Assembly (NCBI RefSeq): GCF_009914755.1
Contig: NC_060929.1
From: the human T2T-CHM13v2.0 reference genome, Homo sapiens
Strand: one strand, 5' to 3'
DNA length: 64,000 nucleotides
The position numbers and the translations under genes are program-made. Below the pieces are notes generated by a model. It had not been told where the DNA came from. It did not search any database and saw nothing but the letters and a program-made list of their open reading frames with translations. Positions 1-13,603 of the stretch are shown here, piece by piece (within the stretch, counting starts at the first letter, position 1; every line of letters begins with the position of its first letter).

Positions 1-792
1 GCATTTATTATGCAACATTTTTGGTATTTTTAACTCATTGGATATTTACACCACTTCAGAACCTTTAAATAGGCCCCCAATACATGAAATACCCAAAATA
101 AATAATGTGCTGCATTTACCATTTCATGATATTTCAAATAAAATAATATGAAAAATATTTTCCAATCAAAATAACAAAATACATAGTTGAAAGGATCCTC
201 CAAGGTGACCTACAAATTAAGAAAATTTAAGACAGATGCACAGTCTGAGATTGTTGCATAAACTGCTGTTTCCTGGAAATAATATTTATAAAATTGACTG
301 GTGTCATAAAGTAGTTAACAAATCTCCAGCTCCAATCAATGAACAAAATTATCTACAAAATCAGAGCCAATTATTGCACTTTAAAGCAAAAGTCTTATAA
401 TTCCCAGACATCATCATCACCATTATTATTAACCAGGTTTCTCAAGCAACATTTTAAGTAATATTCTTCATCAGAAACCCCCTCCCCTCTATACACACAA
501 GGATGATGGATGGAAGCATTTGCATTCTTAAATGAGCATGCGAGGAAATTAAAGGAAATTTTAGAATGTTGTAGACTCTAGAATCCTGCCATGCTTGGTT
601 TCCCACTGTGCCACACTAGTCCCTGCTTTTCACAGTAAAATGACATGCACAGCAGGAAAACCAGACAAAAAGGCTCTTAATTATCAGTAATGGCCCAACA
701 TTCAAAGATGCTAGCTTCTGCAAACCTTGGAAGTAATCATTGTTTCCATTAGTGTTTCTGTTTATCCTCAGCTTTTTAAAACATTTGTTAGC

Positions 793-1426
793 CAATTAAT
801 GATTAATTTCCATCCTATCAGAAGGCACAGAGCATTTTAAATGAGACTTCTGCCTCTTAACACTCTGTACAGGCATTCACATATTAACAGTTCGGTAATT
901 TATACATACCTATAAATACAAACACTTTTTTACATTATTCTTCACATATCTAAAAGAACCTATGCAGAGAGATAGTAACAAAATGTTACTTTCTCAACAT
1001 CTGTTAAATGTATTAGGAAACAAAAAATTAATTTTACTCATTTTATGTACAGATAACAAAATAGCATGTAACATTGCAGAAATTACAGTAAATTATCAAA
1101 TTACAGAAATTATTAAATTAATTTCATAAATGTTTACTCTTAACAAAGGGGTTGCTTTTCCCTGTTAAATTTTGCAATAACAATGTGGAAAATGAAACTA
1201 AAGTTTTTAAAACTTTAGGTATCATTTTGGGAATAAATAAAAAGTAAGATCAAATTACTGATAATGCACACAAGATTTCATTTCTTTAAAGGAGTAACAA
1301 AGGACCATATAGTTTTATTAAATCTCTAGGCTGAAAAGAAACTTATATTTTATGGTATTCCACTGAAAATCTCCATTTTTTTATATAAAACTTTATCAAA
1401 ATAGTTGTCCAGTCTCTAAATAAGTT
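793..1426 (+). repeat. Unique AT-rich segment; donor arm of an inverted duplication (copy at 4628-5265)
   Basis: Its reverse complement aligns by hand to 4628-5265 with about 19 substitutions and 4 indels. Confidence 0.95.
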
Positions 1427-1470
1427 CCATGACAGAAATCTCACTGCTAATAAGCAATCAGAAAGCTAAT

Positions 1471-2370
1471 ACAATCATTCACTAATCATCAGGGAAATGC
1501 AAATTAAACCCACAATAAGGTATCACCTCACCCCTGTTAGGATGGCTATTATAAAAAAGACAAGACATAACAAATATTGATCAGGATGTGGAGAGAAAGA
1601 AATCCTTGTACATTGTTGGTAGGACTGTTAACTGGCACAGCAATTATAGAAAATAATATGTAAGTTCCTCAAAATATTAAAAATAGAATTAACATTATCC
1701 AGTAATCCTTCTTCTACATATATACCCAATAGAAATGAACAGTATGCTGAAAAGACATTTGCACTCACGTTTATTGCAGCATTATTCTCAATAGCCAAGA
1801 TATGAAAATAACGTAAGTATCCATCAATAGATACATAAAGAAAATGTAGTTATTATTTAGTCTTAAAAAAGAAAGAAATCCTGCCATTTGTGACACCATG
1901 GGTAAACCTGGAGGACATTGCACTGAGTGAGATAAGTCAGGTGCTGCATGATCTCCCTTATATGTGGAATCTAAAAACGTCGAGTTCATAGAAACAGAGT
2001 AGAATGGTGGTTACCAAGGACTGGAGAGAGGATGAAGTGGAGTGATGCAGGTCAAAGGGTACAAACTTTCAGTTATGAAGGATAAATAATTGCTATAACT
2101 CTAATGTTGAACATGGGGAGTATAGTTAATAATACTATAGTTAATAATAGTAATTATTATTAACTATAGTTAATAGTTTTCAGAGAAGAATCTTAAGTGT
2201 TCCTACTATAAAATTCTAAAAAAGGGAAATATGTAAGGTGATGAATGTGCTAATTAGTTTGATTGTCATAATTATTTCACAATGTATATGACTATCGAAT
2301 CATCAGGTTGTACACCTTATACATATACAATTTTGTAAACCATGCCTTAATAAAGCTAAATTAAAAAAAA
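1471..2370 (+). mobile_element. L1MA-type LINE-1 3' fragment (end of ORF2, 3'UTR, A tail)
   Basis: L1 3' motifs (cagggaaatgcaaattaaacc, ggtcaaagggtacaaactttcagttat, aataaagct plus A tail); candidate TSD aaagctaat at 1462-1470 and 2371-2379. Confidence 0.85.
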
Positions 2371-4627
2371 AAAGCTAATGAAGATGGTACGATGACTGGA
2401 CTCTACATGTTTTTCTCTAACTTTTCTAAGAAATTACTTTTACCAGCAGAAGAGACAGAATGAGCATACCATCCAAGCCTGATTGGATCATCCCAAGCAA
2501 CTTTTCAAAAGCTCGAGTTTCTATGAGAGCCTTGAATTTGTTTTTAAAATTTAAAAAGATTTTGCATTCTACTCCAAAATGCATCTCTATTTGTGATAAT
2601 ATAATATTTATTATCATTCTTTATGAGTGTAAGATTGATCCCTTGATTTCTCAACATCTGTACTGAATTAATGAGCCACAAACATACCAGTTCAGTTCAA
2701 TCTGTTATCTTTCCTTAGTGTTACATGTTTTCAGAAATAAGTTCACACAATAATGTTCCTACAGAAGGCCAATGTACCCATATGCATGAATTTTTATATG
2801 CCTATCTCTACATATGTGCTATTTCTCGGTAGACATTGAGAGGAAATCCAGAAAACACTATCAAAGAGGGAGTTTTAGTGCAATAGTCCCGTGCAAATAT
2901 TTGTGAAAAGTTCGTATTATGTTTCTTTGTGATGAGAAACCAACTTGTTTTGTATCAAGTGAATACTGAAGTGTTTTTCCCCTGTCTTGTACGCATTTTG
3001 AAGAATTTTTCATAAAACAAGTGCCTGATAATTGTTTATTTTTTAACCATGAATATTGGGATTTTCATAATGTGAATTATCTAAATGTCTCAATGGATAC
3101 ATACATAAATCCATGCACTTTTTACGTAACTCTCAGACTTTGTTTTCTCTAAAGCAATCTTATCATGAGATATTAAAACATTCCATTTTGCATTACAGTT
3201 GATACTATATAGTTATAGTTCAGCACTGAAAGTACATATGATATAATTAAGTCACCTAAGGAGTAATTCTTTATCATTTACGGGATTGCTGCCTACATTC
3301 ACTACATCAAAATGTTCAGTTTGTCATAGTGTGCTTTTTAGATACATGTAAAATTTAAAACAAAGAATTATGTATTTTGTTTATAAGATTCTGAACAGCA
3401 AACACCCAAACTAGGCCAGGATATATCTATTTAATAAGGCAAACTTACAACAGCACATCTCATTTTATTAAATAGTTTTAAAAATTGTGTATTCAAGAAG
3501 CATTTTAAAAATTAATGGAGCATTTTAAGTCCAAAGATCATGAAGAAACTCTCTGATTCAAGATGTTGCTAAATATTTGGGACCAATGTATATATTGTGG
3601 GTGCTCAATGACCTCGAGGTAAACTACCTACCTTGGCTGTCTATATTATTTTTTCCCAATCAATACTATTCTCCTATACACACACACAAATTTAATTTCT
3701 CAGAAATGTATTTGCTATATTGTATCATCACATACTTTGAAAACTAGGCAACCCACAGACACTATTATTAAGATATTAATAAGCTACAAAAAAATAAGCC
3801 ATTTTCTTAGTATTTATTATTTTATACAATTCTTAGAAAAAATATAGACTAACCTTGCACTTTCAGGTAAATTTTCAAGTTTGTCTTCTGAGTAAAAAAG
3901 AAAATGTGTTGTTTGATATTTTTGTACAAACACGAGATAATATCTGGCTTGACTAATTACTTTGACTCAAAGAGATGTGTCTGCCATGATTCAGGCCTTT
4001 AATAATTTTTTTTATCATGTGAGAATTTTGTCTCAAGGCAACTCTAGAAGAGATCCTAAATAATGTTTCAAAAAATGTTATACCTGCTTGTTCATGTGTT
4101 CTATTTATCACATTAGCTCCTAGCTAGGACTTCTCTATTACTGGTTACAGAAAAGCTCTTTCAGAGGTACAAAGAGGAGCTGGTACCATTCCTTCTGAAA
4201 CGATTCCAAACAATAGAAAAAGAGGGAATCCTCCCTAACTCATTTTATGAGGCCAGCATCATCCTGATACCAAAACCTAACATACACACAACAACAACAA
4301 CAAAATTTCAGGCCATTATCCCTGATGAACATCAGAGCGAAAATCCTCAATAAAATACTGGCAAACCGAATCCAGCAGCACATTAAAAACCTTATCCACC
4401 ATGATCAAGCTGGCTTCATCCCTGGGATGCAAGGCTGGTTCAACATACGCAAATCAATAAACGTAATCCATCACATAAACAGAATCAATGACAAAAATCA
4501 CGATTATCTCAATACATGCATAAAAGGCCTTCAAAAAAATTCAACACCCCTTCATTCTAAAAACTCTTAATAAACTAGGTATTGATGGAACGTATCTCAA
4601 AATAAGAGCTATTTATGACAAACCAAT

Positions 4628-5265
4628 AACTATTTAGAGACTGGACAACTATTTTGATAAAGTCTTATATAAAAAAATGGAGATTTTCAGTGGAATACCA
4701 AAAAATATAAGTTTCTTTCCAGCCTAGAGATTTAATAAAACTATATGGTCTTTTGTTACTCCTTTAAAGAAATGAAATCTTGTGTGCATTATCAGTAATT
4801 TGATCTTATTTTTTATTTATTCCCAAAAATGATACCTAAAGTTTTAAAAACTTTAGTTTCATTTTCCACATTGTTATTGCAAAATTTAACAGGGAAAAGT
4901 AACCCCTTTGTTAAGAGCAAACATTTATGAAATTAATTTAATAATTTCTGTAATTTAATAATTTACTATAATTTCTGCAAAATTACATGCTATTTTTGTT
5001 ATCCGTACATAAAATGAGTAAAATTAATTTTTTGTTTCCTAATACATTTAACAGATGTTGAGAGAGTAACATTTTGTTACTATCTCTCTGCATAGGGTCT
5101 TTTAGATATGTGAAGAATAATGTAAAAAAGTGTTTGTATTTATAGCTATGTATAAATTACCGAACTGTTAATATTATGTGAATGCCTGTATAGAGTGTTA
5201 AGGGGCAGAAGTCTCATTTAAAATGCTCTGTGCCTTCTGATTAGATGGAAATTAATCATTAATTG
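4628..5265 (-). repeat. Inverted copy of 793-1426 inserted in L1 ORF2
   Basis: About 96-97% identity to the reverse complement of 793-1426; L1 runs tatgacaaacc up to 4624 and resumes atatcatactgaatggg at 5266. Confidence 0.95.
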
Positions 5266-5470
5266 ATATCATACTGAATGGGCAAAAGCTGGAAGCATTC
5301 CCTTTGAAAACGGGAACAAGACAAGGATGCCCTCTCTTACCACTCCCATTCAACATAGTTTTGGAAGTTCGGACCAGGGCAATCAGGCAAGAGAAGAAAT
5401 AAAGGGTATTCAAATAGGAAGAGAGGAAGTTGAATTGTCTCTGTTTGCAGATGACATGACTGTATATTTA

Positions 5471-5818
<348 letters not shown>

Positions 5819-6458
5819 TCAGCCCAAAATCTCCTTAAGCCGATAAGCAACTTCAACAAAGTCTCAGGATACAAACAAAATCAATGTGCAAAAATCACAA
5901 GCATTCCTATACACCAATAACAGACAAAGAGAGCCTAATCATGAGTAAACTCCCATTCACAATTGCTACAAAGAGAACAAAAATACCTAGGAATCCAACT
6001 TACAAGGGATGTGGAGGACCTCTTCAAGGAGAACTACAAACCACTGCTCAAGGAAATAAGAGAGGACACAAACAAATGGAAAAACATTCCATGCTTATGG
6101 ATAGGAAGAATCGATATCGTGAAAATGGCCATACTGCCCAAAGTAATTTATAGATTCAGTGCTATCACATCAAGCTACCATTGACTTTCTTCACAGAATT
6201 AGAAAAAATTTCTTTAAATTTTATATGGAACCAAAAAAGAGCCCGCATTGCCAAGACAATCCTAAGCAAAAAGAACAAGCTGGAGGTATCATGTTACCTG
6301 ACTTCAATCTATACTACAAGGCTACAGTAACCAAAACGGCTTGGTACTGTTACCAAAACAGATACATAGACCAATGAAACAGAACAGAAGCCTCAGAAAT
6401 AATGCCGCACATTTACAAACATCTCATCTTTGATAAACCTGACAAAAAAAAGCAATAG

Positions 6459-6584
<126 letters not shown>

Positions 6585-8288
6585 TAAGACCTAAAACCAT
6601 AAAATCCCTAGAATAAAACCTAGGTAATACCATTCAGGACATAGGCATGGGCAAAGACTTCATTACTAAAATACCAAAAGCAATGGCAATAAAAGCCAAA
6701 ATTGAGAAATGGGATCTAATTAAACTAAAGAGCTTCTGCACAGTAAAAGAAACTATCATCAGAGTGAACCGGCAATCTACAGAATAGGAGAAAACTTTTG
6801 CAATCTATCCATCTGACAAACGGCTAATATCCAGAATCTACAAGGAACTTAAGCAAATTTCCAAGAAAAAAACAAACAACCCCATCAAAAAGTGGGTGAA
6901 GGATATGAACAGACATTTTTCAATGGAAGACATTTATGCAGCCAACAGATATATGAAAAAAAGCTCATCATCACTGGTCATTAGAGAAATGCAAATCAAA
7001 ACTACAATGAGATATTATTTCACACCAGTTAGAATGGCAATGATTAAAAAGTCAGGAAACAACAGATGCTGGAGAGAATGCAGAGAAATAGGAACGTCTT
7101 TATACTGTTGGTGGGAGTGTAAATTAGTTCAACCATTGTGGAAGACAGTGTGGCAACTCCTCAAGGATCTAGAACCAGAAATACCATTTGACCCAGCAAT
7201 CCCACTACTGGGTATATACCTAAAGGATTCTAAATCATTCTACTATAAAGACATATGCACACATATGTTTATTGCTACACTATTCACAATCACAAAGACT
7301 TGGAACCAACCCAAATGCCCATCACTAATAGACTGGATAAAGAAAATGTGGCACATATACACCATGGAATACTATGCAGCCATAAAAAAGGATGTGTTCT
7401 TGTCCTTTGCAGGGACATGGATGAAGCTGTAAACCATCATTCTCAGCAAACTAACACAGGAACAGAAAACCAAACACCACATGTTCTTACTCATAAGTGG
7501 GAGTTGAACAATGAGAACACATGGACACAGGGAGGGGAATATCACACACTGGGACCTGTCATGGGGTGGGAGGCTAAGGGAGGATAGCATTAGGAGAAAT
7601 ACCTAATGTAGATGATGGGTTGATGGGTGCAGCAAACCACCATGGCACATGTATACCTATGTAACAACCTCCAAGTTCTGCACATGTATCCCAGAATTTA
7701 AAATATAATTTAAAAATATAAATAAATAAGTAAACATAATTACTTTTTAAATGTAGCTGCAAGTAAGCTGTTTTCATAAGTAGGATGCTTTCTAAATGAA
7801 TTAGACATAGCTTTACAAAATAATGAAAGGATCTTTAAATCAGTGTCTAAACGGACACCTTTCTTTTTAGATAGGCTATTATGTTCACTGCTGATTTCAT
7901 TTTCCACAATTGGTAACCTCTGTTTTCAATTCACATCTATGGCAGTTCTTGACCTTTGCAAGTTGGTCTAAAATGTCTTCTCAGTCCCCTTTATCTGTGC
8001 TTCCCCTAACCCCATCTTAAAAGATGAGGCGGCAGATTTATAACAATCTCATCTGAAATCAAGCATCTGACATAGTTTTATGAATTCAAGCAATTAATTA
8101 TCTTAAATGAATACTTAGACATGTAGGAGCTCTAAGATTACTTCCTAGTTCCATTGCCTGGGCAATATATGGTAAACTGTATATTAGAAGATTACTTGCA
8201 TATTAATTTTATTCTGAAATGTGGGATAGATTATTTGCAGTTATTTAGTATTAAAATTTCAAGATCTGTCTTCACAAAGCTTTGATAG

Positions 8289-8584
<296 letters not shown>

Positions 8585-8789
8585 AACATTGGCTATATTC
8601 TAAGAAAGCATTATGATTTAAACTTAAAATCTTAAAATCAGTATAGAATGCAGAAAATCTCCAACATAAATATATAATTTTATTATTTTTAATTTCATTT
8701 TTAAAAATAAATTTGTCCTTTTCCAATCTGTTTTTGGCTATGTACATTCTTTGATTCTATCTATTAATTAATTTTATTATTATTACAAG

Positions 8790-8791
<2 letters not shown>

Positions 8792-8832
<41 letters not shown>
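8792..8832. repeat. (CA)n microsatellite
   Basis: About 20 uninterrupted AC units. Confidence 0.97.
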
Positions 8833-8838
<6 letters not shown>

Positions 8839-9407
8839 TGGGATAAATTTTTTAAAATCCCACAGAGCTATCTGTATCAGCCTTGTGTGGTGATCACTTA
8901 AACCTAGAAGAAAGCCACTCTTGCTTTTCTCTTTATCTTTGAATTCCCAAAATTAATAGGAAAATAAGTCAAACTTCCTGGTAAAGATTATTTTAAGCCT
9001 GTACCTTAAATGACTATTTAATAATCAAGGCAAATATCACACACTTATTTTTAATACCCAGGTATGCAAAATATTAATCCGGATAATGTAAGAGCAAGTT
9101 ATACAAAAATCAATCCTAATATGTTTCTGTTGGAAATCAGATTATTCCTCCCCTGGAGAGTCTCTCTTAACCCAGAGGGACAGAAATTACTTCTGGACTA
9201 CATTCCTGTAATGATTGCATCACTCTCTGAAAACCACTTCCCTCCTTAGATGCTCTCCAATCATATGCCTCCTTTGGGGGCATTAAAGTAGCAAGTGCTC
9301 TAGACAGAAAGCTCATTTATCAAGTTCAAGTTCTCAGGCAGCCATCTGTTAAGTGTAGAGATGTGTGATTTAGTAATCACTGTTGTCACTGTCCCACAAA
9401 TCACCTC

Positions 9408-9634
9408 TTTGAAGTGAAATAACCTCTATCCCATTACTCCAAGAAAATAGATTGAAATTATCCCAATTCAATACTTTCTTATGCAAATGATGATTAATTT
9501 GTAGCAATAGGAAGTATAGTGTCAAATATGTTATAGGATTAGGCAGTACTGGTAAAATGCTCATTCTCCATTCTCATGTCTTGAAGAATTAGCATAGTAA
9601 AAATAATTGTGTTACACCTAAGCTATATGTTACT
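9408..9634 (+). repeat. Donor of a 227-bp direct duplication (copy at 11462-11688)
   Basis: 223 of 227 bases identical by hand alignment; the ORF track shows the twin peptides MSILPVLPNPITY... at 9370-9564 and 11424-11618. Confidence 0.97.
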
Positions 9635-10167
9635 TGCCTATATTTTTATCTACCTCAAAGTTGGTAAATCATTAACTATCATTAGTTTTTAGAGCCATCA
9701 GAAGCCTTAGATAATCTATGGTATTTGTCCATGAAGATATATCCACAAGCAGCATCTAGTGGCTAAAGTTTATTTTACATTGGCAGATGTTGGCATGAGA
9801 GAACAGTGCTAGGCTCTTCCTGTCTTAAGCAACATTACACATCATCAATCTTGACAATAGGAATTGCACCTGCTTCCTGTGATTCCACAGTCTGTGTTTC
9901 ACTAAATGCTCAGCATGATTGTTGGTATTATGCTACCATTCAGAAACCCCATCTAGGCAGGCATGGTGAGCTTAGGCAGCAACATTTAGAAAAAGGGAAA
10001 TAAATAAGTTAAAGTACAGAATAGTTACTGTTTAAGATACATGCTTTAATCTAGCAAAACTGACTCTTCTCACTTAACATCCTGATAGAGCCTGTACAAG
10101 GCAACATGAGACCAAAAATAATTAAACTATGGTAAAAAAAAAAAATGAAAACAAAAAACATAAGTTT

Positions 10168-10475
10168 GCTCGGGCGCAGTGGCTCATGCCTGTAATCCCA
10201 GCACTTTGGGAGGTCAAGGCAGGCAGATCACTTGAGGTCAAGAGTTCAAGACCAGCTGGCCAAGATGGTGAAACCTCATCTATACTAAAAATACAAAAAT
10301 GAGCCGGGTGTGGTGGTGGCTGCCTGTAATCCCAGATACTTAGGAGGCTGAGGCAGGAGAAACACTTGAATCTGGGAGGTGAATTTGCAGTGAGCCAAGA
10401 TCGTGCCACTGCACTCCAGCCTGGGTCAGAGAGGGAGACTCCGTCTCAAAAGATAAAAATAAAAATAAAAAATAA
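10168..10475 (+). mobile_element. AluS (Sx/Sz-like)
   Basis: cgggcgcagtggctcatgcctgtaatcccagc start, central A linker, (taaaaa)n tail. Confidence 0.95.
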
Positions 10476-10760
10476 TGTCAACTCATTTAGAATATGCATA
10501 ACAACTCCTGGTGGTGTCTTGAATTAATACATAGAAATTAAGAGTTCTAGGGACTTACTATAGGGTGTCTATGGTAACAGCTTTTTAATCATGGCCTGGA
10601 TGTAGCATGAAAAACAACAATGAGACTTTAGGGATGCCTAGAAATTTGCAGAATAAACAATTATTTGGAGTTATCAAAAAAACTTACTTCATGAAACAAA
10701 CCCAAAAGCATAAAAGGGAAGAAAGCAAATATCAGAATTCCCCTATTTGAAGACACAGAG

Positions 10761-10762
<2 letters not shown>

Positions 10763-10819
<57 letters not shown>

Positions 10820-11437
10820 TTATATATAGCTCTCTCTATATATATTTATATATATAGCTCTCTCTATATATTTATATATATAGCTCTCTCTATATATTTA
10901 TATATATAGCTCTCTCTATATATTTATATATATAGCTCTCTCTATATATATTTATATATATATAGCTCTCTCTATATATATTTATATATATATAGCTCTC
11001 TCTATATATATTTATATATATATAGCTCTCTCTATATATATTTTTATATATATATAGCTCTCTCTATATATATATTTTTATATATATATAGCTCTCTCTA
11101 TATATATATTTTTATATATATATAGCTCTCTCTATATATATATTTTTATATATATAGCTCTCTCTATATATATATTTTTATATATATATAGCTCTCTCTA
11201 TATATATATTTTTATATATATAGCTCTCTCTATATATATATTTTTATATATATATAGCTCTCTCTATATATATTTTTATATATATAGCTCTCTCTATATA
11301 TATTTATATATATATATAGCTCTCTCTATATATATTTATATATATACATAGCTCTCTCTATATATATATTTATATATATATATAACTCTCTCTATATATA
11401 TTTTTATATATATATAGCTCTCTCTATATATATATAG
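10763..11437. repeat. (TA)n followed by a VNTR of ~20 units (tatatatagctctctctatatatattt, ~27-35 bp)
   Basis: Read directly; about 20 gctctctc cores, with variable TA and T run lengths. Confidence 0.97.
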
Positions 11438-11461
11438 CTATGAAAGCCATGGCTATATATA

Positions 11462-11688
11462 TTTGAAGTGAAATAACCTCTATCCCATTACTCCAAGAAA
11501 ATAGATTGAAATTATCCCAATTCAATACTTTCTTACGCAGATGATGATTAATTTGTAGCAATAGGAAGTATAGTGTCAAATACGTTATAGGATTAGGCAG
11601 TACTGGTAAAATGCTCATTCTCCATTCTCATGTCTTGAAGAATTAGCATAGTAAAAATAATTGTGTTACACCTAAGCTGTATGTTACT
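11462..11688 (+). repeat. Direct copy of 9408-9634 flanked by a perfect 22-bp inverted repeat
   Basis: tgaaagccatggctatatatat (11441-11462) is the exact reverse complement of atatatatagccatggctttca (11693-11714). Confidence 0.95.
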
Positions 11689-12446
11689 AAGCATATATAT
11701 AGCCATGGCTTTCAGGAAAGGGAAGGAAGTGAGTGTAGCATCAATTATAACCTCTTTTTAGAAGAAGAGAGTTTGTATATTAAATAGATTGGAACATTGA
11801 GTTCTATTGTTGCAAAAAAAATGTATGAGAAATAGATAGAAGAATCCAGAGACTGATAACCCTGCATTTTACTACATCCATTAAATACCATTATATCTTA
11901 AACTAATTGCAATGTGATTTAACTTTCTAGTTGGGAACTTCATTTCTAGTGCATAATTTCATATTCCATTAAGCAATAAAAAATCTGATCATCTCTGAAT
12001 ACCATGATCTCATCAGTTTTCCAAAGGAATTAAGAAAAGAGAACATACTCAGGAAACTCTGCAGTCTTTAATAATGACTTCAGATTTATGGTAGTTATTT
12101 ATGCACAATTTCCAAAGGATGGCTTTATGTAATGACACCAACAAAGAAAAAGAAGGATACTGTTTAAGATAATTACTAAACATTTTTTCAGGTGCCAGAA
12201 AATATAAATTGAAAACAAAACAATAGGAAGGGTAATAATTCTATCTACCTGGGATGTTACAACATCAAATCTGTGGTCACAATCCTGTTGGGAGTGAAAT
12301 CAATGCATACTCTTTTCACATGTGTAAATATATTACAACTTGGCAACCAGACGATATTGGCCTACTCATATGAAAAAGTCATAGATATTCTTAGGCAATT
12401 TGGCCATTATTAACTTGAATTTTCTCACCATTTTTTTCCATTTCCA

Positions 12447-12516
12447 TGTGTGTGTCTGTGCACGTGTGCACGTGTGCGTGTTTGTGTGTGTGTGTGTATG
12501 TGTGCACGTGCACACA
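12447..12516. repeat. (GT)n-like alternating purine-pyrimidine tract
   Basis: Includes the 18-bp palindrome tgtgtgcacgtgcacaca at 12499-12516. Confidence 0.85.
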
Positions 12517-12799
12517 GGTAGGGGTGGGGTGATTAAAATCACAGAATTAGAAGTTCAATCAACCATAGATAAAATACACTGACGTTTAGGATCTATGATT
12601 AATTCCAGTGGACTTTACACTTGTTAAAAATCTTGGTTAACTTTCTTAATCTTAGTACATTCATCTATGAAATGAGTTAGATAAACTGATGTTTCTGCAT
12701 TGGGGAAGCTGTTTATGTCTGTTTTATTTAGGTTTGTTTTTGCCTTTTGTAGCTTTGTTTGTTTTATTCTGTTTTGCTTTGTTAATCAGCATTTTTTTT

Positions 12800-13255
12800 T
12801 CTGATCATATATCTTCCCCGTGCTACCCCCTACCTTTGGAATGAGAATCATTCCTCTCTATTGTCATTTCATTAAGAAAACACATAATAGTTTTAACTAG
12901 GAGATTGGAATAAGAGTGAAACTTGGGACTTTTGCTAGAATTATCAAGAAAGAAGTACTCTCTTCAAGTTGGCATATTAGCTGGTAGAATATATGCATGA
13001 GACTCTGGGTGCCCTTCTCACACGTTCATGTCAAAATTCTACATGAACATAAAAATACATTAAAAAAGAACACAGCTGAGCAATGAAGATCAATAGTTGC
13101 ATAATTTCAAATGATGCTGTCATTTAAAATCTTGTAACCAGTCATGCTTTAAGCTAATGAGATTCACTCTTTTGTACCCTCTAGTTTTATGAGCCAAAAT
13201 ATTTCGCTTTAAATCAAACATGTAATTTGAGTTAATATTATCTGTAACTGTAAAA
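12800..13255 (+). mobile_element. Old MaLR LTR remnant (MLT1K/L-like)
   Basis: Resembles MLT1 motifs (gggacttttgct, tatgagccaaaatattt...tttaa); highly diverged. Confidence 0.4.
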
Positions 13256-13567
13256 ATTCCAACTTATCCACTCTCAAAGGCAGAAAAATTAACATAAAGA
13301 ATATATTCTCTTTAAAACTGAGATAACTTAAATCCATTAATTTCATTTTATGCTTTGTATAGTTATTTGACACATACAAAAAAGTAATACTACGAAGCAG
13401 CCCATCATTCATTTGTTACACAAAATTTTATGTGGGTAAAATGAAGTTATTTCTATTTTTTAAATTTTTTCATTTTAGAGTGATTTTATTTGTAACTTTT
13501 CAGAGGCTTGGCCTTGCAATAAGACAGCATATTAAAATTTCACCAATCCTAAAGTCAATTGCCAGTA

Positions 13568-13601
<34 letters not shown>
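13568..13601. repeat. (CA)n microsatellite
   Basis: About 16 CA units. Confidence 0.95.

Positions 13602-13603
<2 letters not shown>

Noticed and set aside
4140-4165. TSD for the L1PA7/8-like element
   Set aside because: No convincing match between the 5' flank and the sequence after the tail at ~7730, so none is claimed.
6896-7432. 178-aa ORF and other L1 ORF2-like ORFs (4325, 5963, 17805, 22663, 40896, 43081)
   Set aside because: Fragments of frameshifted, dead L1 ORF2 copies, not host genes.
9370-9564. Duplicated 64-aa ORFs (also 11424-11618) as a paralogous micro-gene pair
   Set aside because: A by-product of the 227-bp duplication; no promoter, splice or homology support.
10763-11437. 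CRISPR-like repeat-spacer array
   Set aside because: The spacers are only variable TA/T runs, the context is mammalian, and there are no cas genes; it is a VNTR.
11441-11714. Possible MITE or DNA transposon, given terminal inverted repeats
   Set aside because: The interior is a near-identical copy of local unique DNA and the IR matches local flank; no recognisable transposon TIR or TSD. Kept as a template-switch finding instead.
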